DNA from: Gemmatimonadaceae bacterium
GTDB lineage: Bacteria; Gemmatimonadota; Gemmatimonadetes; Gemmatimonadales; Gemmatimonadaceae
Assembly (NCBI GenBank): GCA_051859245.1
Contig: JBHYGA010000001.1
Coordinates: 1,341,722 to 1,405,721 of the forward strand
Reading direction: 5' to 3'
Length of the DNA: 64,000 nucleotides
The translations under genes and the position numbers were made by a program. This document shows, in pieces, positions 9,572-19,735 of the stretch. The notes under the pieces are model-generated. The model was not told where the DNA came from. It did not search any database and was given only the letters and a program-made list of their open reading frames with translations. Position 1 is the first letter of the stretch; each line of letters begins with the position of its first letter.

Positions 9572-11360
9572 TCAGGCGGTCGCGCGAGTTCGGCGTGACA
9601 TGGCCATGAGCGCTGGCGGATGTGCGCGGAACACCTGCGCCAACGCATTCAGAGGCACGGCGGGTGAGAAGAAGTGCCCCTGCTGCTCGGTGCACAGCAG
9701 GGCCGCCAAACGCTGTGATTGCTCCAGCGTTTCCACACCTTCTGCCACCACGTGCAGGCCGAGCCCGCGCGCGAGCGTCACGAGCGCCGAAACGATCGCA
9801 AAGTCGCGCTCATCCGTCAGCATGCGCGACACAAAGCGCCGGTCAATCTTGAAGCCGGCAAGCGGCGCCTCACGCAGAAATGCGAGCGACGCAAAGCCAA
9901 CACCTAAAGTCGTCTACCACGAGCTGAATGCCGAGCTCGCGAATCGCGCGCAGCGTATCAAGCGCCTGATCGCCTTCGTACAGCGCCGAGCTTTCGGTGA
10001 GTTCGAGCACGAGCGCATCGGCGGGACAGCCGGTGTCTTCAAGTATGCGCGATACACGTTGCTCGAACCCTTTCTCGCGCAGCTGCACGGCCGAAAGGTT
10101 CACGCCCACACGCATGTCGCTGTCCTGATGCTCGCGCCGCCACGTGACAGCGGCTGCGCACGCTTCACGCAACACAAGATCACCGATGGGTACGATCAGT
10201 CCCGTGTCTTCTGCGAGCGGCAGGAACGACGACGGCGCAACCATACCGAGGTCGGGGTCATGCCAGCGCAACAGCGCTTCAAGTCCGACAATGCGCTGCG
10301 TGGTGACATCTACCTGCGGCTGGTAGTGAACGGCGAGTTCGCCTGCATCGAGGGCCGCGCGCAGACGCTCCTCACGCTGATGCGCGATCGTTTCGTCTTG
10401 CACACGCAGTCCGAACACCGGCGTGGGCATGCGACCGCGACGCCGCGCGTACTTGTCGCGGTACATCGCCACGTCGGATGCATCGAGCAGCTCCTGCGCC
10501 GTGGTGCCGTCGAGCGGGGACATGGCCCCGCCCACGCTGGCGGCAATGCGCTCAAAGCGACCATCCCCAAGATCTACCGGCTCGGTGAGGCAGCCGAGAA
10601 TCATGTCGCGCACGTGCGCCACATCGAGACGGCTGTTGACGTCGGGCAGCAGCACGACGAACTCATCACCACCCAGTCGTGCCACCGCGTCTGACCGGCG
10701 CACCGTGCCGAGCAATCGCTGCGCAACTTCCACGAGCAGGCGATCGCCAACCGCATGACCCAGTGAGTCGTTGATCAGTTTGAAGCCATCGAGGTCAACG
10801 AACAGCAAGCCGGTTTTGCGGCCATAACGTGCGCCGAACGCGAGCGCGCGATCCAGGTGATCGAGAAACAATCCGCGATTGGCGAGACCGGTGAGCGGAT
10901 CGTGTGTGGCACGATGCGCGGCGGCCACGCGCGCCGCGTCGAGCGCCGCCAGATGCCGCTGGCGCTCGATGGCAAAGCGAAGCAGGCGCGGCACCTGTTC
11001 AACGGGCGTCGTGTCCTTGCAGAGGCATTCCTGCGCGCCTACACGCAGCGCGCGCACGGCCGTGCTGTCGTCGAGTGTGCGCGTATACAACACGATCGGC
11101 ATGCTTGGTGCCGCGCCGCGCACACCCGCGAGCGTGGCCAGTCCGGTCGCATCGGGCAAATCCAGCTCAAGCATGGCCACATCAACCGGGCCTTCCATCA
11201 GCAGCCGGATGGCATCAGCGAGCGTGGCCGCATGTACGAGCGCCATGCGCGAACCGAACGCGTCTCCCAATGCTGCGGCGGAACGCGCAGCATCGCCTTC
11301 CTCGTTATCAACGAGCAGGACGCGGATCATTCCATCAGCACGACCGTCGGCTGCAGACAT
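9572..11360 (-). pseudogene. REC-GGDEF-EAL protein broken by one extra base near 9905 (pseudogene, sequencing error or recoding)
   Basis: REC, GGDEF and LEALLRW lie in 9870..11360. Removing T9905 restores DDFGVGFASLAFLREAPLAGFKID and joins the frame of ORF 9572..9832 (VVAEGVET...QGHFFSPA). Confidence 0.85.
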
Positions 11361-11479
11361 GGGATCAGCGATTGCGGAGGGAAAGCAATGAGTGGATTTG
11401 GATACTACTCAATCTGCCACGCGTTTCCAGTACCTTGTAGAATAGTGATGCCAAGTTCCGGCTGTGTAACGCAGTTTCG

Positions 11480-11495
11480 TGTGATGTGAATCACA
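11480..11495. promoter_or_regulatory. CRP/FNR-family binding site
   Basis: Perfect TGTGA-N6-TCACA in the divergent intergenic region. Confidence 0.6.
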
Positions 11496-11531
11496 ATACC
11501 TGCATTTTATCCTTGATTTTTCACCCAACAC

Positions 11532-12035
11532 ATGACTACTGACGCGTCTGCTCACGTGGCGCCGCACACCGCGGCAACTCCGCTTTCGATCGGCTCTGAA
11601 GCCCCTGACGTAACGCTCGCCTCCACAGCTGGCGGCACGGTGCAGCTGTCATCGTTTCGTGGCAAGCAGCATGTGCTGCTGGCATTCTTCCCGCTCGCGT
11701 TCACCAGCACGTGCACGGCCGAAGTGTGTGCGTTCAGCGAAGACTTTGATCAGTTCGCGCAGCGTGATGTGGTGGTGCTGCCAGTGAGCGTCGACGCGGT
11801 TCCGTCGTTGCTCGAGTTCAAGCGCAAATACAACATGCAGGTGGACCTGCTGTCCGACATGAAACGTATTGCGTCTCGCGCCTTCGGTGTGCTGCGCGAA
11901 GAGGCCTACGTGTCGCAGCGTGCGTATTTCCTGATCGGCAAGGACGGCATCATCAAGTGGTCACACGTGGAATCCAAATCAGGCGAACGCCGCGAGAATT
12001 CGGAAATCCTCGCGGCGATCGCGGCCAACGCGTAA
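11532..12035 (+). CDS. Peroxiredoxin (AhpC/TSA, AhpE/BCP-like)
   Basis: FFPLAFTSTCTAE (PxxxTxxC) and RAYFLIGKDG. Confidence 0.9.
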   Translation: MTTDASAHVAPHTAATPLSIGSEAPDVTLASTAGGTVQLSSFRGKQHVLLAFFPLAFTSTCTAEVCAFSEDFDQFAQRDVVVLPVSVDAVPSLLEFKRKYNMQVDLLSDMKRIASRAFGVLREEAYVSQRAYFLIGKDGIIKWSHVESKSGERRENSEILAAIAANA

Positions 12036-12047
12036 GTCGCGCCGGAA

Positions 12048-12557
12048 TCAGTTGGTCGGCTGCCCAGACGGATCGTTCGTAGCAGTGGGCGCTGGATTGG
12101 TGCCGGTGGCGACATCGTGCGTCATCACCGGCACTCGGCGCGGCTGTGCGGGGGCCACCTTGCCAATGCGCAGCGTCAACACGCCAAGTTCAACCGACGC
12201 CCGGATCTGATCGAGGTCAGCCGCACGCGGCAGTCGGAACTGACGGGCGAAGGTGCCGGCCGCGCGTTCCTGCGTGACGCGCTTGGCGCCTTCGGCCAAC
12301 GGTGTGGAGACGCGCTCGGCGCGAATCGTGAGCACGCGATCTTCGGTCAGTACTTCAACCGACTCGGGGCGCACGCCTGGCAGGTCGAGCGTAATCGTCC
12401 AGCCCGATTCTTCCTCTACGATGTCGGCGGAGGGCGTGGTGGCGCCCGTCACCGGAGACGGCGTGAACAGTTCGCTGAACGCGCGGTCCATATCCCGACG
12501 AAGGCCACGCAGCGACGAGTCAAACGTGGGGGCGGTAAACGCGACACGATAGGTCAT
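12048..12557 (-). CDS. Hsp20/alpha-crystallin small heat-shock protein
   Basis: ATG 12557 with AAGGAG; DLPGV...LTIRAER...GTFARQFRLP...GVLTLRI. Confidence 0.92.
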   Translation of the reverse strand: MTYRVAFTAPTFDSSLRGLRRDMDRAFSELFTPSPVTGATTPSADIVEEESGWTITLDLPGVRPESVEVLTEDRVLTIRAERVSTPLAEGAKRVTQERAAGTFARQFRLPRAADLDQIRASVELGVLTLRIGKVAPAQPRRVPVMTHDVATGTNPAPTATNDPSGQPTN

Positions 12558-12641
12558 GGATGCTCCTTGACGCCGTGGGCGTCGAATGTGTGAGAAGGCA
12601 GCGGCACGAGAGACACGTCCGCGTGCTTGACCCACCATTGG

Positions 12642-12656
12642 GCAGGGAGCGTACCG
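12642..12656 (-). promoter_or_regulatory. Candidate sigma54 promoter of hsp20
   Basis: Minus strand cGGTACGCTCCCTGC fits GG-N10-GC. Confidence 0.4.
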
Positions 12657-12754
12657 CGCCGGATCGGCCAAGCTGGCCGGTTTGAGGTCGCTTTGACTGA
12701 CGGTTCGGCGTGACACATTGTCGAAACGACAGGGATCTGTACTGGTCGGTCAGC

Positions 12755-12789
12755 TTGTCCGATTTCCGCACGGTCCGTAGCTTCCGGAT
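12755..12789 (+). promoter_or_regulatory. sigma70 promoter, probably giving a leaderless mRNA
   Basis: TTGTCC-17-TAGCTT-6 nt-ATG(12790); no SD. Confidence 0.55.
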
Positions 12790-14388
12790 ATGAACCTCCC
12801 GGAACCGCCAATGGATGAGCTCGCTACGCAATCGCCGGGAGCGCCACTGGCCGCGGCGCGGGTGCTTGAAGCCGTGGTGCGTTCGCTGGCGTCACGCGAT
12901 GCGTCCGCAGCGGAATCGCCGGCGGGGCCACTGCCAGCGTGGGTCGGCATCGCGCTCCAGCACGCATCGGAGGCTGCGGGCGGCGCACGGTTGCGATTGG
13001 TGCCGGTCACGTCTACGCCGAACAACGATGCGCAACTCAGCCTTCCGGTTTCGGCGGGCCTTGAACACCCTCTGGTGTTGCTGGTTGACGCGCCGCCTTC
13101 ATCGGCGGCGGCAGAGGTCTCCACGTGGGAACCGGTGGCACTGCTGCTCTGCCTGGCGCTGCGCGAATCGCGCCGACGCGCGGAGCTGGAGTCCGAATTG
13201 TCGTCCCGGCTTGATCAGCTCGACGAGCAGCGTCGCTTCATCGAACGCATCATCGACTCCATGCCGGTTGGGCTCTACGTAGTGGATCGCGCGTATCGCA
13301 TTCAGGCCTGGAATCACAAACGCGAAACCGGACTGCAAGGCGTGGCGCGAAACCGCGCGCTCGGCCAGACAATCTTTGACGTGTTGCATCGGCAACCGGC
13401 GGCGCTGCTCAAACGTGAGTTCGACGAAGTGTTTGCGTCGGGCCGCATGCAGCAGTTTCAGATGGAGAGTGAAGCCACCGGCAGCGTGCGCACGTTCCGG
13501 CTGTCCAAGATTCCCATGCGCATTGATGCAACGCGTCCGTCGTACGTGACCCACGTGATTACGGTGGGCGAAGATATCACCGACTGGCGCGCGGCGCTGG
13601 ATCGGACGGCGCAATCGGAAAAGCTCGCCGCGCTCGGACAGATGGCAACCGGAGTGATGCACGAGATCAATAATCCGTTGGCCACGATTGCCGCGTGCGC
13701 GGAAACGCTGCAGCTGCAGGCCGACGACTCCGCGAACGCGCCCGGCGTGCCACAGGGTGACCCCACGGAACTGCTCCGCATTATTGATCTTGAAGTGCAG
13801 CGGTGCAAACGCATTGTGCAGGGGCTGCTCGATTTTGCGCGCCCCAAACCAGTGGCGCACGACGAGCTCGATCTCAATGCGGTTGTTCGACAAACACTCT
13901 TCCTGCTGCAACACCATCCGCGCCGCAAGCAGGTATCGCTGGTAACCGAGCTTGAAGAAGGTGTGCCGCTGCTGGTGCGTGGTGATGCCGACCGACTCGT
14001 GCAGGTATTGATGGCACTGGTGCTGAACGCGCTTGATGCCAGTACGCAGGGAGCCCGCGTGGTGCTTCGCAGCGCCGCGGTGCGCGTGGGAGCAGACACG
14101 TGCAGTGCCGTCGATGTGATCGACGAAGGTCACGGCATTCCCCGCGAGTCGCTCTCCAAAGTCTTTGAACCGTTTTACACCACGAAAGCGCCGGGCAGTG
14201 GTACCGGACTCGGCCTCTCGATCTGTTATGGCATTGTGATGGAGCACGGCGGCGTGTTGGCCGTGGACAGCGCGCTTGGACACGGCGCCACCTTTCGCAT
14301 CCTGCTGCCTGCGTCTGGTGCACCACCGCTCACCTCAGGGGCTGGTGTACCACCGCTTGTGCACACTCCCATTGGAACCGCTGTATGA
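12790..14388 (+). CDS. Cytoplasmic PAS sensor histidine kinase (NtrB-like)
   Basis: PAS domain; H-box HEINNPL; DEGHG; FEPFYTTK; GTGLGL. Confidence 0.92.
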   Translation: MNLPEPPMDELATQSPGAPLAAARVLEAVVRSLASRDASAAESPAGPLPAWVGIALQHASEAAGGARLRLVPVTSTPNNDAQLSLPVSAGLEHPLVLLVDAPPSSAAAEVSTWEPVALLLCLALRESRRRAELESELSSRLDQLDEQRRFIERIIDSMPVGLYVVDRAYRIQAWNHKRETGLQGVARNRALGQTIFDVLHRQPAALLKREFDEVFASGRMQQFQMESEATGSVRTFRLSKIPMRIDATRPSYVTHVITVGEDITDWRAALDRTAQSEKLAALGQMATGVMHEINNPLATIAACAETLQLQADDSANAPGVPQGDPTELLRIIDLEVQRCKRIVQGLLDFARPKPVAHDELDLNAVVRQTLFLLQHHPRRKQVSLVTELEEGVPLLVRGDADRLVQVLMALVLNALDASTQGARVVLRSAAVRVGADTCSAVDVIDEGHGIPRESLSKVFEPFYTTKAPGSGTGLGLSICYGIVMEHGGVLAVDSALGHGATFRILLPASGAPPLTSGAGVPPLVHTPIGTAV

Positions 14389-15815
14389 CCACCGACATCG
14401 AGGACCCGTCAGCGCTAGACATTGCGCCTGAAACACCGAGTGCTCCCATACGGGTCTTGATCGCCGAAGACGAACAACATCTCGGCACGATCCTTGAACA
14501 GTTCCTCGTGGCGCGTGGTTTTAGCGTATCCACGGCGCGCGACGGACTGCGAGCGCTCGACCTGTTGCGGCTCGAACAGTTTGATGTGGCGTTGCTCGAC
14601 ATCATGATGCCGGGCCTCGACGGACTCGAGGTGTTGCGTCAGGTACGCGAAGATCCGTCGCCGCCGGAAGTGATCATCATAACCGGCAACAGCACGGTCG
14701 AAACTGCGATCACCGCACTCAAGCTTGGCGCGTACGATTTTCTGGCCAAGCCGTATCGCATGGCGGAGATCGAGGTGCTGGTACGACGCGCGTGGGAAAA
14801 GCGCATGCTGGCGCTCGACAACTCCCGACTGCACACACTGAAAGCGCGCAGCGGACACTCCGATGCCAAGCCGGAGTTTATTACGCAGTACGCGCCGCTC
14901 AAGGCCATGCTCACGCTGGTGGAGCGCGTGGCGCCGAGCACGTCGCCGGTGCTGATCAGCGGCGACTCGGGAACCGGCAAGGATCTGGTGGCGCGCTTGC
15001 TGCATCATTGGTCCGGCCGCGCTCAGGCGCCGTTTGTTGATCTCAACTGCGCCGCGCTCGCGGAGCAGGGACTTGAGACGGAGTTGTTTGGCGTAGAAAA
15101 AGGCGCGTTTCCGGGCGCGGATCGTCGCAAGGTGGGGCTGCTCGAGCTTGCCACCGGCGGCACGCTCTATCTCGACAGTGTGTCCGATCTCGACATACGC
15201 CTGCAGGCCAAACTGCTGCGCGCGTTGGAAACGGGGAGCTTCTATCGTGTGGGCGGTTCGCAGAAGGTCGATGTGGATGTGCGCATTATCGCGTCGAGCA
15301 CACGGGATCTCACGCGCATGGTGAGTAGCGGCGATATGCGCGAAGATTTTCTGCACCGTATCAACACGATTCGCATTCAGCTTCCCACGCTGCGTGAGCG
15401 GTCGAGCGATGTACCGTTGCTTGCCGAGCATTTTCTCACACGCTACGCGGGCGCCACACCGCCGCGACTGACGGGTGAAGCGATCGCCGTGCTTGAGCGC
15501 TATCGCTGGCCTGGCAATGTGCGCGAATTGCGGAACGTGATGGAGCGTGCGGCGCTGCTGTCGGTGAACGGCGTCATCGAAGCGCGTGATCTGCCGCTTG
15601 GCGCTGACATTGGCGCCGCGTCTCGCGCCACACCCACACAGTTGTTCACGCTTGAAGAACTGGAACGTCGGCACATTGAGTCCGTGCTGATGCGTACATC
15701 GTGGCATCAGGGTCGCGCCGCAGAACTGCTTGGCATCTCACCCAAGACGCTGTACCGGAAAATCCGTGAGTTTGGCTTTCAGCGTCCGGATCGTCTGGGC
15801 GGAGGAGATCTGTGA
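14385..15815 (+). CDS. NtrC-type REC-AAA+-HTH response regulator with degenerate activation motifs
   Basis: REC (LLDIMMP), GDSGTGKD, GAFPGA, LYLDSV, WPGNVREL, Fis-type HTH. Confidence 0.92.
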   Translation: MTTDIEDPSALDIAPETPSAPIRVLIAEDEQHLGTILEQFLVARGFSVSTARDGLRALDLLRLEQFDVALLDIMMPGLDGLEVLRQVREDPSPPEVIIITGNSTVETAITALKLGAYDFLAKPYRMAEIEVLVRRAWEKRMLALDNSRLHTLKARSGHSDAKPEFITQYAPLKAMLTLVERVAPSTSPVLISGDSGTGKDLVARLLHHWSGRAQAPFVDLNCAALAEQGLETELFGVEKGAFPGADRRKVGLLELATGGTLYLDSVSDLDIRLQAKLLRALETGSFYRVGGSQKVDVDVRIIASSTRDLTRMVSSGDMREDFLHRINTIRIQLPTLRERSSDVPLLAEHFLTRYAGATPPRLTGEAIAVLERYRWPGNVRELRNVMERAALLSVNGVIEARDLPLGADIGAASRATPTQLFTLEELERRHIESVLMRTSWHQGRAAELLGISPKTLYRKIREFGFQRPDRLGGGDL

Positions 15816-16480
15816 AGATTCTTGTGGTGGAAGACGATCCCACCGTCGGCGAGTTTGTGCGCCGCGGGCTGGAAGAACAGTTGTGGCAGGTGGATCTTGT
15901 CGCCAACGGTGTGGATGGTGAGTCCATGGCCATGTCGCAGCCGTACGATCTGGTAGTGCTCGATATGCGACTGCCGGGCAAGCATGGGCTTGATGTACTG
16001 CGTACCCTGCGCTCGCGCGGTTTTGATCGACCGGTGCTGGTGCTCACCGCGCAAGATGCCGTCGACGCAAAGGTGGAAACGCTGCGCGCAGGCGCCGATG
16101 ATTATGTCACCAAGCCGTTTGCGTTCGAAGAGTTGCTCGCGCGCATTGAAGCACTGTCACGCCGTCCACGGGCGCTGGTTTCACCAGTGCTGACCGTGGC
16201 CGATCTGGAGCTGGATCAGGGTACGCGCGAAGTGCGTCGGGCCGGACAACTGGTCGAGGTCACGCCCAAAGAATTTGCCGTGCTCGAGTATCTGATGCGA
16301 CATGCAGGGCGCGTGATGTCACGAACGCTGATTACGGAGTATGCGTGGGGGTACCACTTTGATCCGGGTACCAACATCGTAGACGTGGTGATCAATCATC
16401 TGCGAAAGAAGCTGGACAGCGGCCATACCAAGAAACTCATCTCCACCGTGCGTGGCGTGGGTTACATGATTCGTGGATAG
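15812..16480 (+). CDS. OmpR/PhoB-family response regulator
   Basis: VEDD, LDMRLP, GADDYVTKPF; winged-helix TVRGVGY. Confidence 0.95.
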   Translation: MKILVVEDDPTVGEFVRRGLEEQLWQVDLVANGVDGESMAMSQPYDLVVLDMRLPGKHGLDVLRTLRSRGFDRPVLVLTAQDAVDAKVETLRAGADDYVTKPFAFEELLARIEALSRRPRALVSPVLTVADLELDQGTREVRRAGQLVEVTPKEFAVLEYLMRHAGRVMSRTLITEYAWGYHFDPGTNIVDVVINHLRKKLDSGHTKKLISTVRGVGYMIRG

Positions 16481-16491
16481 CTGAGCTCCTC

Positions 16492-17994
16492 ATGCGCGCC
16501 ATTCGCACTCGCATCACCATGGCATTCGCCGGCGCGTTCATTGCGTCGTTGCTTGTCTTTGCGTTTGCGATTCTGCTGGCGCGACGTGATGCGGCGCTAC
16601 AGGAAATCGAAGAGCGGGCGCAGCGGGAAGCCGATCTGACGCTGTCGATTATCGAAGGCACGCGCACCAGTCTCTCTGACGATACCACGCGAGTCTCGGT
16701 CGACTCGCTGGTAGCTCCGGGCGTGGGCAAAACGCTGCGTGGATTCCTGAACATCATGGATGAGCACGTGATGATTCTCGACCAGCAGGAGTTCATCCTG
16801 TACCGGTCTCCACGCGTCATTGCCCTCGGTGCGGAAGATCTCAATCGTTTTGCCGAAGCTGCGCGCAAGATGCGCGACCCGGCAGAAACGGTGCGGGTAC
16901 GGCTCACGACCGAAGAGATCGTGGTCGCAATGCGTGAACTGCAAACGGAAGGCGCGACGCGTATCAGTCGCGTGTTCGTGGCTGTACCGTCTGCCCCGGC
17001 CGCGCTCGCGCCAAGACAATTGATCGGCACGATGCTCTTCTTCGGCCCACTGCTGATCATCGCGTCCGTCTGGTGGGCGTATGTCATCGCCGGCCGAGCC
17101 TTCAGACCACTCGATCGCATGGTGGATCAGGTCACCGCCATTACCGACGGTCGGTCCTTGCACCGGCGTCTCGCGATCGGTGCGGCCGGTGCGGAGCTCG
17201 CGCGTTTGGCTGTGACGCTCAACGAAATGATTGAGCGTCTGGAAACATCATTCTCGGCGCTGCGTCGGTTTACCGCTGACGCGAGTCATGAACTGAAAAC
17301 GCCGCTGGCCGTGCTGCGCGCTGATGTGGAACGCGCGATGTCTCCCAACACGCGCAAAGACGAACGTGCCGTCGCGCTCGAAGAAGCGCTGCAGCAAGTC
17401 ACGCGCATGGCGGAGCTGGTGAACTCGTTGCTCACGTTGGCGCGCGCCGATGAAGGCCGGCTCGAGATTGTGCAGGACTTGATCGAGGTCGATGAGCTCG
17501 CCCGCGAGGTGGTGGAAACAGCGCGTTTGCTCGGTGAAGAAGCGGGCGTGCAGATCGATACCGAAACGATTGAATCGGCGCTGGTGCGCGGCGATCTCGC
17601 ACGCCTGCGGCAGCTGTTTCTGAACCTGGTCACGAACGCGATCAAGTACACCTCGCGCGGCGGGCGTGTGACGTTGTCGCTCGTGCGCATGAATGACGAA
17701 GTGTGGTTCAGCGTGCGTGACACCGGCATCGGCATTGCAGCCGCGGACCTGCCGTATGTGTTTGATCGGTTCTGGCGCGCCGACCGGTCACGCTCGCGAG
17801 CGGCCGAACGCAGCGGTTATGGACTGGGGCTCGCCATTTCCCAGTGGATCGCGCACGCGCACGGCGGATCGCTCACCGTGCAGTCGAGGCTGGGGCGGGG
17901 CAGTACCTTTACCGCACAGCTTCCCATGGCGCACGCGGCGCCCGACGTGAACGAGGCGACGGTCGAGGCAGTCGCCAGTGATGAGGCGGCATAA
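16492..17994 (+). CDS. Membrane HAMP sensor histidine kinase
   Basis: Two TM helices, HAMP, HELKTPL, NAIKY, DTGIGI, GYGLGL. Confidence 0.93.
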   Translation: MRAIRTRITMAFAGAFIASLLVFAFAILLARRDAALQEIEERAQREADLTLSIIEGTRTSLSDDTTRVSVDSLVAPGVGKTLRGFLNIMDEHVMILDQQEFILYRSPRVIALGAEDLNRFAEAARKMRDPAETVRVRLTTEEIVVAMRELQTEGATRISRVFVAVPSAPAALAPRQLIGTMLFFGPLLIIASVWWAYVIAGRAFRPLDRMVDQVTAITDGRSLHRRLAIGAAGAELARLAVTLNEMIERLETSFSALRRFTADASHELKTPLAVLRADVERAMSPNTRKDERAVALEEALQQVTRMAELVNSLLTLARADEGRLEIVQDLIEVDELAREVVETARLLGEEAGVQIDTETIESALVRGDLARLRQLFLNLVTNAIKYTSRGGRVTLSLVRMNDEVWFSVRDTGIGIAAADLPYVFDRFWRADRSRSRAAERSGYGLGLAISQWIAHAHGGSLTVQSRLGRGSTFTAQLPMAHAAPDVNEATVEAVASDEAA

Positions 17995-18169
17995 CGCCAC
18001 CGACCGTGCTGAGGTTGGAATGATTCGTGACGCACAAGGCCACCAAGACGTAACCTTGGCTTAACCGAATCCTAATGCTCGCGACATTGCCGGATCATCT
18101 CCCCGACCTAACTTCTCGTCGTGTCGGTGGGACGGGCCCGCCGCGCATTCCCTCTCGTGGATCGAAGCG

Positions 18170-18883
18170 ATGTTCAATAACCTGCTCGAGTCCGAGGCCA
18201 AGAAAACCAAGCGTTCTGGGAGTACGATCGTCTCCTTCGCTATCCACTTCGGTGCGGTCGCGGCCATGGTCGTTGCCACGGCCAATGCCGGCCAGCAGAT
18301 GATGGAAGAGAAGACGGAGAAGGTCGAGTTCGTCGAAGTCAAAAAAGACGAGCCACCCCCAGAGCCGGAAAAGGCCCCGCCGCCACCAGACGTTGTGGCG
18401 GCTCCTCCCATTGCCAAGGGTTTCCAGGTGCTTCAGGCACCTGACATCATCCCGCTGGAGATTCCCGATATCGATCTGTCACGTGCCGTGACCGACGAAG
18501 CGGACTTCTCCGGTAAGGGTGTGGCCGGTGGTATTGCGAAGGGTGTGGAAGGTGGTGTGGCCCAGGTACCACAGGGCGATACGCCCTACTTCGAGTTCCA
18601 GGTTGAGAAGCCGGCCGCAATGGCCGCCGGCAGCAACCAGATGGTGTACCCGGAAATGCTGCGCTCGGCGCAGGTTGAGGGCACCGTGCTCGCCTCGTTT
18701 GTTGTGGACACGGCTGGCAAGGCCGACATGAGCACGTTCAAAGTGCTCAAGTCTGACCACGAGCTGTTCACGAACGCCGTAAAGAATGCGCTTCCGCGTA
18801 TTCGCTACCTGCCGGCCGAAGTTGGCGGCCGCAAGGTGAAGCAGCTTGTCCAGCAGCCCTTTGTATTCAGCTTGGCCCGCTGA
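18170..18883 (+). CDS. tonB: Energy transducer TonB
   Basis: TM with SxxxH (SFAIH), Pro-rich linker, YPEML...GTVLASFVVD C-terminal domain. Confidence 0.9.
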   Translation: MFNNLLESEAKKTKRSGSTIVSFAIHFGAVAAMVVATANAGQQMMEEKTEKVEFVEVKKDEPPPEPEKAPPPPDVVAAPPIAKGFQVLQAPDIIPLEIPDIDLSRAVTDEADFSGKGVAGGIAKGVEGGVAQVPQGDTPYFEFQVEKPAAMAAGSNQMVYPEMLRSAQVEGTVLASFVVDTAGKADMSTFKVLKSDHELFTNAVKNALPRIRYLPAEVGGRKVKQLVQQPFVFSLAR

Positions 18884-18923
18884 TCGCGGCCACACACTTT
18901 CTATCCATTCGGAGATCTGACTT

Positions 18924-19655
18924 ATGAATATGGACCTGATGTCGCTGTGGCACGAAATGGGCTGGTTTGCAAAGGGCGTTGTGTACATGCTCTTCATCAT
19001 GTCGGCCTACGCCACCACCATCCTGATCCAGAAGTGGTGGGCCATGCGCAAGGCGCAGGCGGAAACCAAGAAGTTCGCGCCTGAGTTCTCGCAGTTCCTC
19101 GAAGAAGACAACCTCACGGAAGCGATCAACCTCGCCGAGTCGTACAAGAAGTCGCACGTTGCGCGTGTGCTCGGTGGTGCGCTCTCCGAAGTGCGTCCGC
19201 TCATTCAGGATGGTTCAGTCACCGTCGCCGACATCAACTCGGCCGAGCGCGCGATTGAGCGTGAAATGCTGATGACGGTTGTTGAACTCAAGCGTGGTCT
19301 GGGCGTGCTCGCGACGGTTGGTGCCACGGCGCCGTTCGTCGGTCTCGTAGGAACCACGATGGGTATCGTGAACTCCTTCACGGCCATGGCGTCGTCGGGC
19401 TCAGGCGGTATCAGCTCGATCGCCGGCGGTGTTGCCGAAGCGCTTATCACCACGGCTATCGGAATCGGCGTCGCCATTCCGGCCGTGTGGTCCTACAACT
19501 ACTTCCAGACCAAGATCGACAACCTTACGGCGGAAATGACGTACACGTCGAAGGAAATGGTCGACTACTTGATCAAGGGCGTGTCGGGCGAGTTCGGCCG
19601 TTCGCGTTTCACCCGCGAGTTCAACACCGCGGGTCAGACCCCGATGTCCAAGTAA
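18924..19655 (+). CDS. exbB: MotA/TolQ/ExbB proton channel
   Basis: APFVGLVGTTMGI and EALITTAIG motifs. Confidence 0.92.
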   Translation: MNMDLMSLWHEMGWFAKGVVYMLFIMSAYATTILIQKWWAMRKAQAETKKFAPEFSQFLEEDNLTEAINLAESYKKSHVARVLGGALSEVRPLIQDGSVTVADINSAERAIEREMLMTVVELKRGLGVLATVGATAPFVGLVGTTMGIVNSFTAMASSGSGGISSIAGGVAEALITTAIGIGVAIPAVWSYNYFQTKIDNLTAEMTYTSKEMVDYLIKGVSGEFGRSRFTREFNTAGQTPMSK

Positions 19656-19735
19656 TCCTGCCCATACCCCAACCGGCGGTGTAGCGTGGTCCCCGTGACC
19701 ACTCACTACACCGCCACGCGATCTGGAGAACTACA

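Noticed and set aside
9471..10694. 407-aa plus-strand ORF
   Set aside because: Overlaps tRNA-Ala and is antisense to the GGDEF-EAL gene; shadow ORF.
9481..12600. Possible island integrated at tRNA-Ala
   Set aside because: No integrase and no duplicated tRNA 3' end; only a 9-bp chance match (TACGCTCCA) near 59602.
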